64,000 nucleotides of DNA from an uncultured Cytophagales bacterium (GCA_963761725.1 CAVXHP010000006.1:381534-445533); one strand, 5' to 3'; shown: positions 9,956 to 20,090, numbered from the stretch's first letter. A program made the numbers and translations. Notes: a model not told the origin generated them from the sequence alone.

Positions 9956-11242
9956 ATGGATTATTTGAGAGGATTGTTAGGAATGTTAGTTTTGCTAAGC
10001 GTGGCGTATGCATTTTCTAGCAATCGAAAAATGATAAATTGGAAACTGGTCGGAATAGGAATTCTTTTACAAATGGTTTTTGGAGTTCTGATTACTCAAG
10101 TTCCTTTTGTAGCAAGTGTATTTCAATCTGTAAGTGAAGGGTTTGTAAAATTTTTGAGTTTTTCTAACGATGGAGCAAAATTTTTGTTTAGTGATTTGGC
10201 TGATGTTCCTAAGGCTGGTTTTATATTCGCTTTTCAAGTTTTGCCTACTGTTATCTTCTTTTCTGCCGTAACAACAGGATTATATTATTTAGGCATTCTT
10301 CAAAAATTATCCTACGGAATTGCGTGGTTAATGGCAAAAACGATGGGATTATCGGGAGCAGAAAGCCTTTCAGCAGCAGGAAATATATTTTTAGGACAAA
10401 CAGAAGCACCTTTATTAGTTCGTCCTTTTATTGCCAAAATGACTACTTCCGAACTCATGTGTTTGATGACTGGAGGAATGGCAACTATTGCAGGAGCAGT
10501 TTTGGGAAGTTATGTTGCTTTTTTGGGAGGAGATGACCCTGTAAAACAAGCTGAAGTAGCTGCACGACTTTTAAGTGCATCGATTATGAATGCACCAGCA
10601 GGAATTGTTTTTGCCAAAATGCTTATTCCAGAAACCAAACCAGAACTTATAGATTCAGAATTAAAGGTAAATAAAGAAACACTGGGTGCAAATGTAATTG
10701 ATGCCTTAGCGATTGGTGCAGGTGATGGACTAAAATTAGCTCTCAATATTGGTGCAATGCTTTTAGCTTTTATTGCTGTTATTGCACTTCTTAATTACAT
10801 GTTGGAAGTAGTAGGAGATTGGACAACCTTAAACGCAATTATTGCAGAGAGTACCAACGGGATTTTTAATAAACTTTCGATGGAATATCTATTTGGACAG
10901 GTTTTTCGTTTGGCGGCTTTTGTAATTGGTGTAGAATGGGCTGATACATTACAGGTAGGAAGTCTTTTGGGACAAAAAACGGTTATTAATGAATTTGTAG
11001 CGTATGTAAGTTTGGCTGATATGCAAGCCAATAATGTAATTTCGCCTAAATCAATAACCATTGCTACCTTCGCTCTTTGTGGTTTTTCTAATTTTAGCTC
11101 TATTGCTATTCAAATTGGAGGAATTGGAGCAATGGCACCCAATCAACAAGCCAATTTGTCTCGTTTGGGACTAAAAGCTCTCTTAGCTGCAACGCTTGCT
11201 TGTATGATGACCGCTACGATTGCAGGAGCTTTACTTTCATAA
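9956..11242 (+). CDS. nupC: NupC/CNT-family concentrative nucleoside transporter
   Basis: 428-aa polytopic membrane protein with CNT-family conserved regions (GILQKLSYGIAWLMAKTMGLSGAESLSAAGNIFLGQTEAPLLVRPFI). Confidence 0.8.
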   Translation: MDYLRGLLGMLVLLSVAYAFSSNRKMINWKLVGIGILLQMVFGVLITQVPFVASVFQSVSEGFVKFLSFSNDGAKFLFSDLADVPKAGFIFAFQVLPTVIFFSAVTTGLYYLGILQKLSYGIAWLMAKTMGLSGAESLSAAGNIFLGQTEAPLLVRPFIAKMTTSELMCLMTGGMATIAGAVLGSYVAFLGGDDPVKQAEVAARLLSASIMNAPAGIVFAKMLIPETKPELIDSELKVNKETLGANVIDALAIGAGDGLKLALNIGAMLLAFIAVIALLNYMLEVVGDWTTLNAIIAESTNGIFNKLSMEYLFGQVFRLAAFVIGVEWADTLQVGSLLGQKTVINEFVAYVSLADMQANNVISPKSITIATFALCGFSNFSSIAIQIGGIGAMAPNQQANLSRLGLKALLAATLACMMTATIAGALLS

Positions 11243-11327
11243 GATTTTAGTTTTAGAATTAACATAAAAAAGGTTCAAACATTGCTGTTTGAACCTTTTT
11301 TGATATACATTAATCCATAAAATCTAA

Positions 11328-13112
11328 TTAATCACAATCATACACATATTGTGTAGTGCTTGTCGTGGTTGTTCCTGCTGCAATGATTGTAGCAACACTT
11401 GTACGCAATAATCCTTTTGCATCAATCGTATTATTTACTTCACCTTGACTTACACCATTTCCGTCCGTAACGACTGTTTTGAGAAGTTGACAATCTTTGT
11501 AAGTATTTACTTGCCTTTGAGTAAGAACGTCACTTGCATCAAAAGTTTCTACCAGTTTTGGGAAACTTCCTGTTGTATTTAGGAAATCAGAAGAAACTGT
11601 ATAGCCTGTTAATGCACCTGCTGGCGTATAAGAATCTGAACGAGTCAAACGTTTGTTTGTGTCATATGTATTGATTACATATGATGTTAGAGTTCCTGTT
11701 GCATCAAAATTATTTACTCTTACAGTACGATCTCCATTACTATACACATACTCAGCAGAACCTGTTGGGGTAGAACCGAATTTGGTTTCATCTTTTATTC
11801 TTCTTCCTTGTGCATCATATTGAATAGAAATAACTACGTTGCCAAAACCAGTTGCAGTAGTAATTGAGGAGAGATTTTTGACTCCATTCACAACCGTATA
11901 AGCATATGTTACAGTTATAGTTCCTGCTGCTGTTACTGATGTAGTTTTGGTTACATAACAATCAGGTAAATTACAAGGATTTCCTCCTCCTCCTGTTCCA
12001 GATGCAGCTTTTACAGTTACTTTCTTTGTTATTTCATTTGTTCCTACCGAATTTGTAACTACTAATTTTACATCAAAATCACCTGCTGCCGTAAAAGTAA
12101 ATTTTGGATTTTCCGCTGTTGAGCTAAAACTAGTCCCTGCTGCAGACCATTGATAAGAAGTTGCGTTTGTGCTTGTGTTTGTAAACGTTACTTCTTGTCC
12201 TGTTTCTGGACTAGCTGGAGAAAAACTAAATGCTGCAACAGGAGCTACTTGTGCAGCTTTTACAGTTACTTTTTTAGTTATTTCATTTGTTCCTACCGAA
12301 TTTGTAACTACTAATTTTACATCAAAATCACCTGCTGCCGTAAAGGTAAATTTTGGATTTTCTACTGTTGAGTTAAAACTGGTTCCTGCTGCTGACCATT
12401 GATAAGAAGTTGCATTTGTACTTGTATTTGTGAAAGTTACTTCTTGTCCTGTCTCTGGACTGGCTGGAGAAAAACTAAATGCCGCAACAGGAGCTACTTG
12501 TGCAGCCTTTACAGTTACTTTTTTAGTTATTTCATTTGTTCCTACCGAATTTGTAACTACTAATTTTACATCAAAATCACCTGCTGCCGTAAAAGTAAAT
12601 TTTGGATTTTCTACTGTTGAGCTAAAACTGGTTCCTGCTGCTGACCATTGATAAGAAGTTGCATTTGTGCTTGTGCTTGTAAATGTTACTTCTTGTCCTG
12701 TCTCTGGACTGGCTGGAGAAAAACTAAATGCTGCAACAGGTGCAGGTGGTGGTGGTGTATCTGCTGGAGCAACGCTAATTTGTTTGGTAACTGTCGTACT
12801 TCCACCTTCTCCTGTAGCTACTAATTTTATATCAAAAGTACCTACAGTAGTAAAAGTAAATGTTGGATTTTTTTCAGTAGAGTTGAAATTTGTTCCTGAC
12901 CAAACAAAAGAAGTTGCATTAGTACTTGTGTTAGTAAACGTAACAGCTTCGTTTACTTTCGGACTAACAGGAGTAAAAGAAAAATCTGCCGTTGGTGCTT
13001 TTGGTTTTTCCTCTTCTTCTTTTTCATCAGAACAGCTTGCTGCCACAAAGGAGAGCAAAACAAAAAAAAGGAAGACATTTTTTAATGTGTTTAGAAAGTG
13101 ATATGATTTCAT
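11328..13112 (-). CDS. secreted lipoprotein with four PKD-like domains (three near-identical tandem copies) and a C-terminal YD-repeat-like region
   Basis: Lipoprotein signal (LLSFVAASCSDE). An 83-aa unit (VAAFSFSPASPETGQEVTFTNTSTNATSYQWS...VTVKAAQVAP) repeats 3x almost identically. C-terminus has YD-like motifs (IQYDAQGRRI, YDTNKRLTRSDSY). Confidence 0.75.
   Translation of the reverse strand: MKSYHFLNTLKNVFLFFVLLSFVAASCSDEKEEEEKPKAPTADFSFTPVSPKVNEAVTFTNTSTNATSFVWSGTNFNSTEKNPTFTFTTVGTFDIKLVATGEGGSTTVTKQISVAPADTPPPPAPVAAFSFSPASPETGQEVTFTSTSTNATSYQWSAAGTSFSSTVENPKFTFTAAGDFDVKLVVTNSVGTNEITKKVTVKAAQVAPVAAFSFSPASPETGQEVTFTNTSTNATSYQWSAAGTSFNSTVENPKFTFTAAGDFDVKLVVTNSVGTNEITKKVTVKAAQVAPVAAFSFSPASPETGQEVTFTNTSTNATSYQWSAAGTSFSSTAENPKFTFTAAGDFDVKLVVTNSVGTNEITKKVTVKAASGTGGGGNPCNLPDCYVTKTTSVTAAGTITVTYAYTVVNGVKNLSSITTATGFGNVVISIQYDAQGRRIKDETKFGSTPTGSAEYVYSNGDRTVRVNNFDATGTLTSYVINTYDTNKRLTRSDSYTPAGALTGYTVSSDFLNTTGSFPKLVETFDASDVLTQRQVNTYKDCQLLKTVVTDGNGVSQGEVNNTIDAKGLLRTSVATIIAAGTTTTSTTQYVYDCD
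11990..12740. repeat. 3 x 249-bp near-identical tandem DNA repeat (PKD-domain units) inside CDS 11328..13112
   Basis: Antisense ORFs 12169.., 12430.. and 12667.. translate almost identically. Recurring landmarks are offset by 249 nt. Confidence 0.8.
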
Positions 13113-13371
13113 AGTGTAGATTATTTGGGGTAAAAAATTAAATTCAGAAAGAGATAAAACTAAAATATAGTTTTCTATTTATCATATAAAGGTAACGAAG
13201 ATAAGACAACCAAAACATACGTATAAATGGGTATATTTTGAAGAAACCTGATTTGTTCTTATATATTCTATTAACAATTTTATTACCATTACATCAAAAA
13301 TCTTCAAATTCTGCGTATCTTCGATAAAATTTTAGTTCCAAACTTGTTTTTGTTCTACATTTTCTCAAAAA

Positions 13372-13854
13372 ATGAATAACTCTTCTACTAATTCTTTGTC
13401 TAATTCTACACAGTTTGAGTGTAATTCTATTTCTGATTTGTCAGAGATAGCTCAAAAAGTTATTGCTTTAGCAAATCAACTAAATAGACGTATTTGGGTA
13501 TTAGAAGGAGATTTGGGAGCAGGAAAGACTACTTTTACAAAAGCTGTTTGTGCAGCATTGGGTGTAAAAGAAACGGTCAGTAGTCCTACCTTTGCTTTGA
13601 TAAATGAGTATGAAGGAAATTATGATAAGCAAGAATCAAAGCTCATTTATCATTGTGATTTTTATAGAATTAATAACCCTAATGAAGTTTTAGAGTTAGG
13701 AATAGAAGAATACTTTGAGAAAGCAGAAGATAATGGAAATTATTGTTTTATAGAATGGGCTTCTAAAATTGAGCCTTTTCTACCAGAAGAGTATCTGCAA
13801 ATCAATATAGAAGTAGATCAAATAAGTAATTCACGTATTTTTAGATGTGTCTGA
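13372..13854 (+). CDS. tsaE: tRNA threonylcarbamoyladenosine biosynthesis protein TsaE
   Basis: 160 aa. P-loop LEGDLGAGKTTF, then SPTFALINEY and YHCDFYRI, typical of TsaE/YjeE. Confidence 0.85.
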   Translation: MNNSSTNSLSNSTQFECNSISDLSEIAQKVIALANQLNRRIWVLEGDLGAGKTTFTKAVCAALGVKETVSSPTFALINEYEGNYDKQESKLIYHCDFYRINNPNEVLELGIEEYFEKAEDNGNYCFIEWASKIEPFLPEEYLQINIEVDQISNSRIFRCV

Positions 13855-13982
13855 AAAAATAATTTTATTTGATAAAACAGTTTGAAAAAGATATTTTATT
13901 CAATTGAATATAGCAATTCGTAATTTTTAATTAGCTAAGCTGATTATTTAATAATTCGTAATCCGTAATTGTTCCATAGCTT

Positions 13983-15215
13983 ATGAGTCAAGACGATGCC
14001 ATCAAAAAATTAGTACAACAGTACGAATATTATCAACCTCAAGAAATGCTTGCCAAAGTACGGGAGCGTAATCAACAGCTCACTATTGGTATTCCAAAGG
14101 AAACCAATCAAGATGAGTTTAGGGTGGCTATGCGTCCAGAAGCCGTTCGATTATTAGTTGCAAACGGACACGAAGTAATTCTAGAAACAGGTGCAGGTGA
14201 AAAATGTAAATATACCGACCACGAGTATAGCGATGCAGGAGCGCAAATAAAGTATTCTGCAAAAGAGGTTTTTCAATCCGAAATTATCTTGAAAGTTGCA
14301 CCTCCTACTTTGAAGGAATTGGAGGAAATGCAAGGACGAAAAACACTTATTTCTACTCTGCATTTGGCTACCGTAACACCTGAATATCTACATGCCATTA
14401 ATCGCAAAAAGATTACGGCTATTGCTTATGAAATGTTACAAGATAAAGAAGGTGGCTTGCCTGTTGTGCGTTCGATGAGTGAAATTGCAGGAAGTACAGT
14501 TATGCTGATTGCAGCCGAATATTTAAGTAGTGCAAACGAAGGACAAGGAATTATTTTGGGTGGAATTACAGGTGTTGCGCCTACAAATGTAGTTGTTTTA
14601 GGCTCGGGAACAGTTGGAGAATATGCCGCCAGAACAGCTCTAGGACTTGGTGCAAGTGTAAAAGTTTTTGATAGTAGCGTTCCGATGCTTCGCAGAATAA
14701 AATACAATCTTTTGCAGCCACATCTTTTTACTTCAATTTTTGACTTGGGAACTCTAAAAGCTGCTTTGGAAGAAGCTGATGTAGTAGTGGGAGCTATTCG
14801 TCCAGAAAACGGAAGAACCCCTTCTGTCGTTACGGAAGAAATGGTGTCTCGTATGAAACCAAATTCTGTAATTATTGATGTCAGTATTGATTATGGAGGG
14901 TGTATCGAAACTTCTGAAACTACTTCGCATCATAAACCAATTTATAGAAAGTACGATGTAATTCATTATTGTGTTCCCAATATTCCTTCTCGTGTAGCAA
15001 GAACAGCAACAAATGCACTTAGCAATATTTTTGCACCTATTCTTTTGCGTGCTGGCGAACTTGGAAGCATTGAAGAAATGATTTACGCTGATATTGGTTT
15101 TGCAAAAGGAGTTTATAGTTATCAAGGAGGTTTGACAAACCAACATTTGAGCAAAAAATTCAATATGCGTTTTAAGGATATTAGTCTTATTGCAGCAGCA
15201 AAACAAGGAATGTAG
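13983..15215 (+). CDS. ald: alanine dehydrogenase (AlaDH/PNT family)
   Basis: 410 aa. LTIGIPKETNQDEFRVAMRPEAV..., Rossmann VVVLGSGTVGEYAA, conserved C-terminal catalytic region. Has a ~30-aa N-terminal extension relative to typical Ald. Confidence 0.7.
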   Translation: MSQDDAIKKLVQQYEYYQPQEMLAKVRERNQQLTIGIPKETNQDEFRVAMRPEAVRLLVANGHEVILETGAGEKCKYTDHEYSDAGAQIKYSAKEVFQSEIILKVAPPTLKELEEMQGRKTLISTLHLATVTPEYLHAINRKKITAIAYEMLQDKEGGLPVVRSMSEIAGSTVMLIAAEYLSSANEGQGIILGGITGVAPTNVVVLGSGTVGEYAARTALGLGASVKVFDSSVPMLRRIKYNLLQPHLFTSIFDLGTLKAALEEADVVVGAIRPENGRTPSVVTEEMVSRMKPNSVIIDVSIDYGGCIETSETTSHHKPIYRKYDVIHYCVPNIPSRVARTATNALSNIFAPILLRAGELGSIEEMIYADIGFAKGVYSYQGGLTNQHLSKKFNMRFKDISLIAAAKQGM

Positions 15216-15217
15216 TC

Positions 15218-15293
15218 AGTTATTAGTTATTAGTTATTAGTTATTAGTTATTAGTTATTAGTTATTAGTTATTAGTTATTAGTGCTGAACTAT
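15218..15293. repeat. (AGTTATT)n heptanucleotide microsatellite, ~10.5 units
   Basis: Perfect tandem agttatt repeats immediately after the ald stop codon. Confidence 0.9.
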
Positions 15294-15396
15294 GCTTTTT
15301 TGATTTTTAGTATAAAAATCATTATTTTTAATAAAGAAAATTCGTAATCTTTAATTGACTTCGTCGCTTTGACAGGTCGTAATTCGTAATTGACTC

Positions 15397-16101
15397 ATGG
15401 CTAATTTTATTAAATCTCTTACTGGTCTTTTGGTTGTTCTTTTACTAGGATTTGGTGTTTATTATATCATTCTTCGAAAAGATGCAAAGGAATTATTGAC
15501 ACCAATAGAAACAGTTAGAGAAACTAATTTCAAAACTGTTTTGGAGGAAGTGGAAAGTTTAGGGAAATTAGAATTGGTAAAATATAATTTTAAAGATGTT
15601 GTCGAACACACGCAAAAAAACGGTTATAGTTCTGTTTTAGATTCAAAAGTGCTGCTGATTGTAGCTGGAGAAGCAGTTGGTTGTATGGATTTGACACGCA
15701 TAAAGACGGAAGATATTACGCAAGTAGGTGATTCTGTTTTTGTTCATTTGCCTGCTCCTGAACTATGTTATTATAAAATTGACCTTCAAAAATCTAAAGT
15801 TTATGATTCAGAGTCTTTGCCTTTTATTGCAGATGATAATTTGATAGGAGAAGCGTACGCAAAAGCAGAAAAACAAATTGAAAAAGCGGCTTTAGAATCT
15901 GGAATATTACTACAAACACAAGCAATGGCAAAAACTATGTTACAACCATTTTTGGAAAAAATTACTAAAAAAACCGTCTTCCTGACCTTTGAGCCTATTT
16001 CTACAAGCGAAAAAGTAAATCCTGAAAGTAAAAATAATTCTCAGAAAAATATATTAAATAATTCTACACCTATTCAGTCCAAAAGTTTGAATAAAGAGTA
16101 G
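15397..16101 (+). CDS. hypothetical membrane-anchored protein (possibly DUF4230-like)
   Basis: 234 aa. Single N-terminal TM helix (LTGLLVVLLLGFGVYYIIL), then a soluble domain. Start codon directly preceded by a cgtaattcgtaattg motif. Confidence 0.45.
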   Translation: MANFIKSLTGLLVVLLLGFGVYYIILRKDAKELLTPIETVRETNFKTVLEEVESLGKLELVKYNFKDVVEHTQKNGYSSVLDSKVLLIVAGEAVGCMDLTRIKTEDITQVGDSVFVHLPAPELCYYKIDLQKSKVYDSESLPFIADDNLIGEAYAKAEKQIEKAALESGILLQTQAMAKTMLQPFLEKITKKTVFLTFEPISTSEKVNPESKNNSQKNILNNSTPIQSKSLNKE

Positions 16102-16135
16102 ATTATGTTGAATCTATACTAAATGTCTTGTCAAA

Positions 16136-16924
16136 CTATTCTTCTATTTCTCCTATTGAGTTTATCTCTTCCTTCTGTTCTACTTTTTCTTCTGCTGTTT
16201 GTTTTCGTTCTTCATACAAAAAAGAAATATCAATCCAATAATTTTCTGGATTTTCCAAATCTATATAAATAGGAAGCGTTTCTCTTTGCTCCAAAAAGTC
16301 TGTTGGATCAGCAGCTAAAGGTTCACTTTTAAAAAGAAGTGTACTAGAATCTTCATCTCTTTTCCACTCGCACAAAATCACAAAAGCAGGTTTGTCTTGC
16401 AACATAATTTGTGGGTCTTGCACAATGGATTGAATTACACCTTCCAAAACACTTCCATTCTCTAAAAGCCATTTTTTACGATTGGCACGCAACCAAATCA
16501 AAAGTCCCCAAATAATTCCTCCTCCTATAAAAGCAACTCCTGTGATAGATAAAAAACTCATCCAAAACCATTCATAACGCACAATATGAGTATCATCAGG
16601 ATTGATAATATCATAATAAATCTCTACTACTTCTCCTAACTCGTAGCTAGAAAAACGAGAAACCTCGTGCCTTGCTTCTACCATTATCTTCTGACTATCC
16701 AACGCATAAAAACCAATAACAGGATATGTTTTATCTTCTGGGAGAGGTTTTATCTGGACTACTCTACCCAAAGTACGCTCGTATTTTGTCTGACGAATTT
16801 GTTCTTTATTCCAACTCTGAGCAGCCAGAACCAGAAAAACCAAACCTGTCAGAATAAGCGATAGAGCGAGATAAAATGCTGTTCTTTTCATTTTTGTTTT
16901 ACTTCTGTAGCCGATAGTTTTCAA
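16136..16924 (-). CDS. hypothetical membrane protein (two TM helices flanking a soluble domain, acidic C-terminus)
   Basis: 262-aa ORF with TM segments at ~15-35 and ~120-145. No confident family assignment. Confidence 0.45.
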   Translation of the reverse strand: MKTIGYRSKTKMKRTAFYLALSLILTGLVFLVLAAQSWNKEQIRQTKYERTLGRVVQIKPLPEDKTYPVIGFYALDSQKIMVEARHEVSRFSSYELGEVVEIYYDIINPDDTHIVRYEWFWMSFLSITGVAFIGGGIIWGLLIWLRANRKKWLLENGSVLEGVIQSIVQDPQIMLQDKPAFVILCEWKRDEDSSTLLFKSEPLAADPTDFLEQRETLPIYIDLENPENYWIDISFLYEERKQTAEEKVEQKEEINSIGEIEE

Positions 16925-17125
16925 CTTTCGACAAACTGTTTTCTGACAGCTAAAAACTGTCAGCTACATTATTTCTATAATTATGCAAAATACATAAATT
17001 TTGTTCACTTTTTTAGCATTTTATTTCGATTATTTGTTTCTCTTTTTCAGACTTACCAAACAAAAAACCCAACTCTGATAAGAACTGGGCTTGTTTTTGA
17101 AATCATCTCAAAATAAGAAGCTAGT

Positions 17126-17578
17126 TTATTTTGTCCCTCTAAATGCTAAAAAAGCCACACCACATGAAGTGGTAGAATTTTTGGGAAGAAAATCTAAGTA
17201 ATAAGGAGCTGTTCGATTACATTGAAAAGTAATAGTAGTATAGAATTTCCCTGAACTATTATCGTAATTAGAAGCGATAACTGTTCCTGAAAGTTCTTTG
17301 AAATTAGCAATAATACCATTTGCTCCACCCTCACTACTCAAAACAACAAGAGTATAAGTATTTCCTCTTGTCATGATTACAGTATAATTTCTAAAATTGT
17401 TACAGCCTCTACAAGTACGCTGAACACGATAACTCTTTGAGAGGCGATACCCGTTTTTGGATAAATCCCTTATAATTTTAGTTTGTGCTATTGAATCTAC
17501 ATCGCATTGAGCATTTACCTCAGAGATAGTAAAAACCACAAAGGCGAATAAACTACACAGAAAAAGTAAAATTTTCAT
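17126..17578 (-). CDS. hypothetical secreted Cys-containing protein
   Basis: 150 aa with N-terminal signal peptide (MKILLFLCSLFAFVVFTISEVNAQ) and 6 Cys. Confidence 0.4.
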   Translation of the reverse strand: MKILLFLCSLFAFVVFTISEVNAQCDVDSIAQTKIIRDLSKNGYRLSKSYRVQRTCRGCNNFRNYTVIMTRGNTYTLVVLSSEGGANGIIANFKELSGTVIASNYDNSSGKFYTTITFQCNRTAPYYLDFLPKNSTTSCGVAFLAFRGTK

Positions 17579-17756
17579 ACTTATTTTTTTTTAGAATTAC
17601 GATGAAATAAACGTTTTGTCTATTCAGATATATAAAATACATTTCCTACTACAATTAAATTTCCTAGCCAAACTATTTGCATTAGCTTTTGCTTTGAATA
17701 ATTTTGAGAATGAAAGATAGCCATAATAAATTAGTTCTCAATTTTCCTAAAAAAAT

Positions 17757-18830
17757 TTAGTTTACTTCTTCAATAAATTCTTCAAATCCCTTACTCATTA
17801 CTGTTTTTATAGTTCCGTTATCGTCATAAATCAAAAATACTTCTGTATTTTCTAATTTCTCAATCAGTGCTAAGGCTTTATCTTTTCCCAAAACCATACA
17901 AGCCGTTCCCAGACCATCGGCAGTCATTGCATCGCTAGCCAAAATAGTTGCACTCAAAAGCGTATGTGAAACAGGATAACCCGTTTTTGGATTGATGATA
18001 TGAGGATATTTTTTACCTTCTCTGATATAAAACTTGCGGTAATTTCCAGAAGTTACTAAGGATTTGTTATTTAAAGTAACAATGGCTTGAAGCTCTCTTT
18101 TCAAACTCTGATTTTCTTGATTACTGTCTTCTATGGGTTTGTCAATTCCTATTTTCCAACCTTTACCATCTGTTCCTGTTCCATTTGCTCGTACTTCTCC
18201 ACCAATTTCTACCATATAATTCGTTATATTTTTTTTCTCTAAAAATAAAGCAACTACATCAACTGCATAACCTTGAGCAATGGCATTAAAATTAAGTTCA
18301 ATATTACTTTTTGTCTTTTTGAGTGAAGTTTCATCAAACACAATATATTTATCAAAGCCTACAAATTCTAATAGAGAATCAATTTTATCAGACGGAATTT
18401 TTTCTGGTTCTTCTATTTCTCCAAAACCCCAAACACGAATAATAGGCGAAAGAGTTGGGTCAAAAGCTCCATCACTTATTTCAAAAATCTCTTTACTACT
18501 TTTCAGAACAGGATAAAAAAACTCGTTTTTAAAAATTATCGAACTATCAGAAGTTGATATTTTATTAAAAACAGAAATTTCAGAATCAGGAATATAGGTA
18601 GAAAGGCTTTGACTAAAAGCCACCAAAACAGAATCAAGAGCAATTTGATAGTTATTTCCTTTTTTAGAAATGTATTTTATAGTAAAAGTTGTTCCCTGCG
18701 TTTGTCCATAAACTTCATAGGTTTGCTCGTCGCTTGTCGTTTCTGTATCACGACATTTATACACCAAAAACATCAGCAGAATAAGTACACCTCCATAAAT
18801 TGCATTTCGATAATAATATTTTCTTTCCAT
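17757..18830 (-). CDS. apbE: FAD:protein FMN transferase (ApbE family)
   Basis: 357 aa with ApbE motifs: FDPTLSPI, AIAQGYAVD, VEIGGEV, HIINPKTGYP, SATILASDAMTADGLGTA. Confidence 0.85.
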   Translation of the reverse strand: MERKYYYRNAIYGGVLILLMFLVYKCRDTETTSDEQTYEVYGQTQGTTFTIKYISKKGNNYQIALDSVLVAFSQSLSTYIPDSEISVFNKISTSDSSIIFKNEFFYPVLKSSKEIFEISDGAFDPTLSPIIRVWGFGEIEEPEKIPSDKIDSLLEFVGFDKYIVFDETSLKKTKSNIELNFNAIAQGYAVDVVALFLEKKNITNYMVEIGGEVRANGTGTDGKGWKIGIDKPIEDSNQENQSLKRELQAIVTLNNKSLVTSGNYRKFYIREGKKYPHIINPKTGYPVSHTLLSATILASDAMTADGLGTACMVLGKDKALALIEKLENTEVFLIYDDNGTIKTVMSKGFEEFIEEVN

Positions 18831-18989
18831 TTTAATTTCTTCTTTTAGAGTTTTTTTGAAAATTGGGTAAGCAAAAATACAAACTATTCGTTTAAGATTT
18901 TTATAAGTATAAAGTTTATTAGTTTATACTTTAAAACATTCGTATCTCAATTTGTTTTATTAGAATAGAATCAAAACTATTTTTTCAAT

Positions 18990-19233
18990 ATGAGTGTCAT
19001 TTTTGAGTACTTGATTTTCAGTTGTAGAGCAACGTAACCTTTGTAGAACATCAAAAACGAGCTTTATCAGAGCTACAGAGTAGCGAAACCTTGTAACCTA
19101 TATGAAATTAGAATTAAAAATAAGGTTCCGCTACTCTGTAGCTTTTTAAATTAATTTTCTATTCTAATCTACAAAGGTTATGCTACTCTGTAGCTAAAAA
19201 ATGCCTATTTTGATTTTTATCAATGCCAATATT
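18990..19233. repeat. MITE-like palindromic repeat, family A, copy 2 (inverted orientation)
   Basis: Reverse complement aligns along its length with copies at 4967..5200 and 37002..37234 (gctacagagtagc..., ttctaccaaggttacgttgctct...). Confidence 0.8.
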
Positions 19234-19274
19234 TTTTAGAAACAATTTAATCAGAAACATTAAAAACAAACATC

Positions 19275-19919
19275 ATGGGAAAAACAGCCGTCATTGCAGG
19301 AGCTACAGGACTTATCGGACAAGAACTTATCAAATTGCTTTCAAAAGACAATAGATACGACAAAATTTTGGCACTTACTCGTAAAGCAAAAGCATCAGAT
19401 TTACCAAAATTAGAATACGTAGTTGTTGATTTTGACCATTTGCCTATTTATCAAGAAGAAATAAATGGAGATGATGCCTTTTGTGCCTTAGGAACGACAC
19501 GCCAAAAAGCGGGAAGTAAAGAGGCTTTTTACAAAGTTGATTATACCTACATTTGGGAATTTGGTAAAATAATGGCAAAAAACGATACTCAATCTTTTAC
19601 TTTAGTTTCATCAATGGGAGCAGATAAAGATTCGTTTTTTTATTACAATGAAGTAAAAGGAAAAATTGAAGATGCTATTTCTCAATTAGATTTTGAAAAA
19701 ATAACGATTGTTCGTCCTTCACTTTTATTGGGAGATAGAACAGAAGAGCGTTTTGGAGAAGGAATTGCACAAACTTTTTCTAAACTTTTTAGTCCAATCA
19801 TTCCAGCAAAATATGAAGGAATTGAGGCTTCACAAGTGGCAAAAGCAATGATAAAAGCTGCAAATGATGAGAAGAAAGAGTTAGAAATTATTGAAAATGA
19901 TGAGCTGCTGAAAATGTAG
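19275..19919 (+). CDS. NAD(P)H-binding atypical SDR family oxidoreductase/epimerase-like protein
   Basis: 214 aa. Rossmann motif AVIAGATGLIGQEL, YbjT/HTATIP2-like. Confidence 0.7.
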   Translation: MGKTAVIAGATGLIGQELIKLLSKDNRYDKILALTRKAKASDLPKLEYVVVDFDHLPIYQEEINGDDAFCALGTTRQKAGSKEAFYKVDYTYIWEFGKIMAKNDTQSFTLVSSMGADKDSFFYYNEVKGKIEDAISQLDFEKITIVRPSLLLGDRTEERFGEGIAQTFSKLFSPIIPAKYEGIEASQVAKAMIKAANDEKKELEIIENDELLKM

Positions 19920-20038
19920 TTTTTGATTGTTGGTGTCGCTTCGCTAAAATATCAACAATGGTAAAGTTTGATTGACATAAAAAATAGACTTATCACAAAT
20001 TTTGATTTTATGGTAAGTCTATTTTTTGTTGTATGATT

Positions 20039-20090
20039 TTCGAAGACTAAAGTCTTCGGTACATTTTCTCACGCTAAAGTGTGAGCTACA
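20039..20090. repeat. REP-like double-hairpin repeat, family C
   Basis: cgaagactaaagtcttcggtacattttctcacgctaaagtgtgagctaca. Related copies at 20866..20898, 20903..20935 and 31231..31281 (inverted). Confidence 0.7.

Noticed and set aside
12169-13101. Three plus-strand ORFs (77, 73, 144 aa) with near-identical sequences
   Set aside because: They are antisense translations of the tandem PKD repeats of the minus-strand lipoprotein gene. Their identity reflects the DNA repeat, not coding.
14754-15206. 150-aa minus-strand ORF overlapping ald
   Set aside because: Antisense to the alanine dehydrogenase CDS. Cys/Asn-rich nonsense composition.
15218-15293. Possible CRISPR array, suggested by regular short repeats
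   Set aside because: Units are 7 bp with no spacers. This is a microsatellite, not repeat-spacer architecture. No cas genes in the window.
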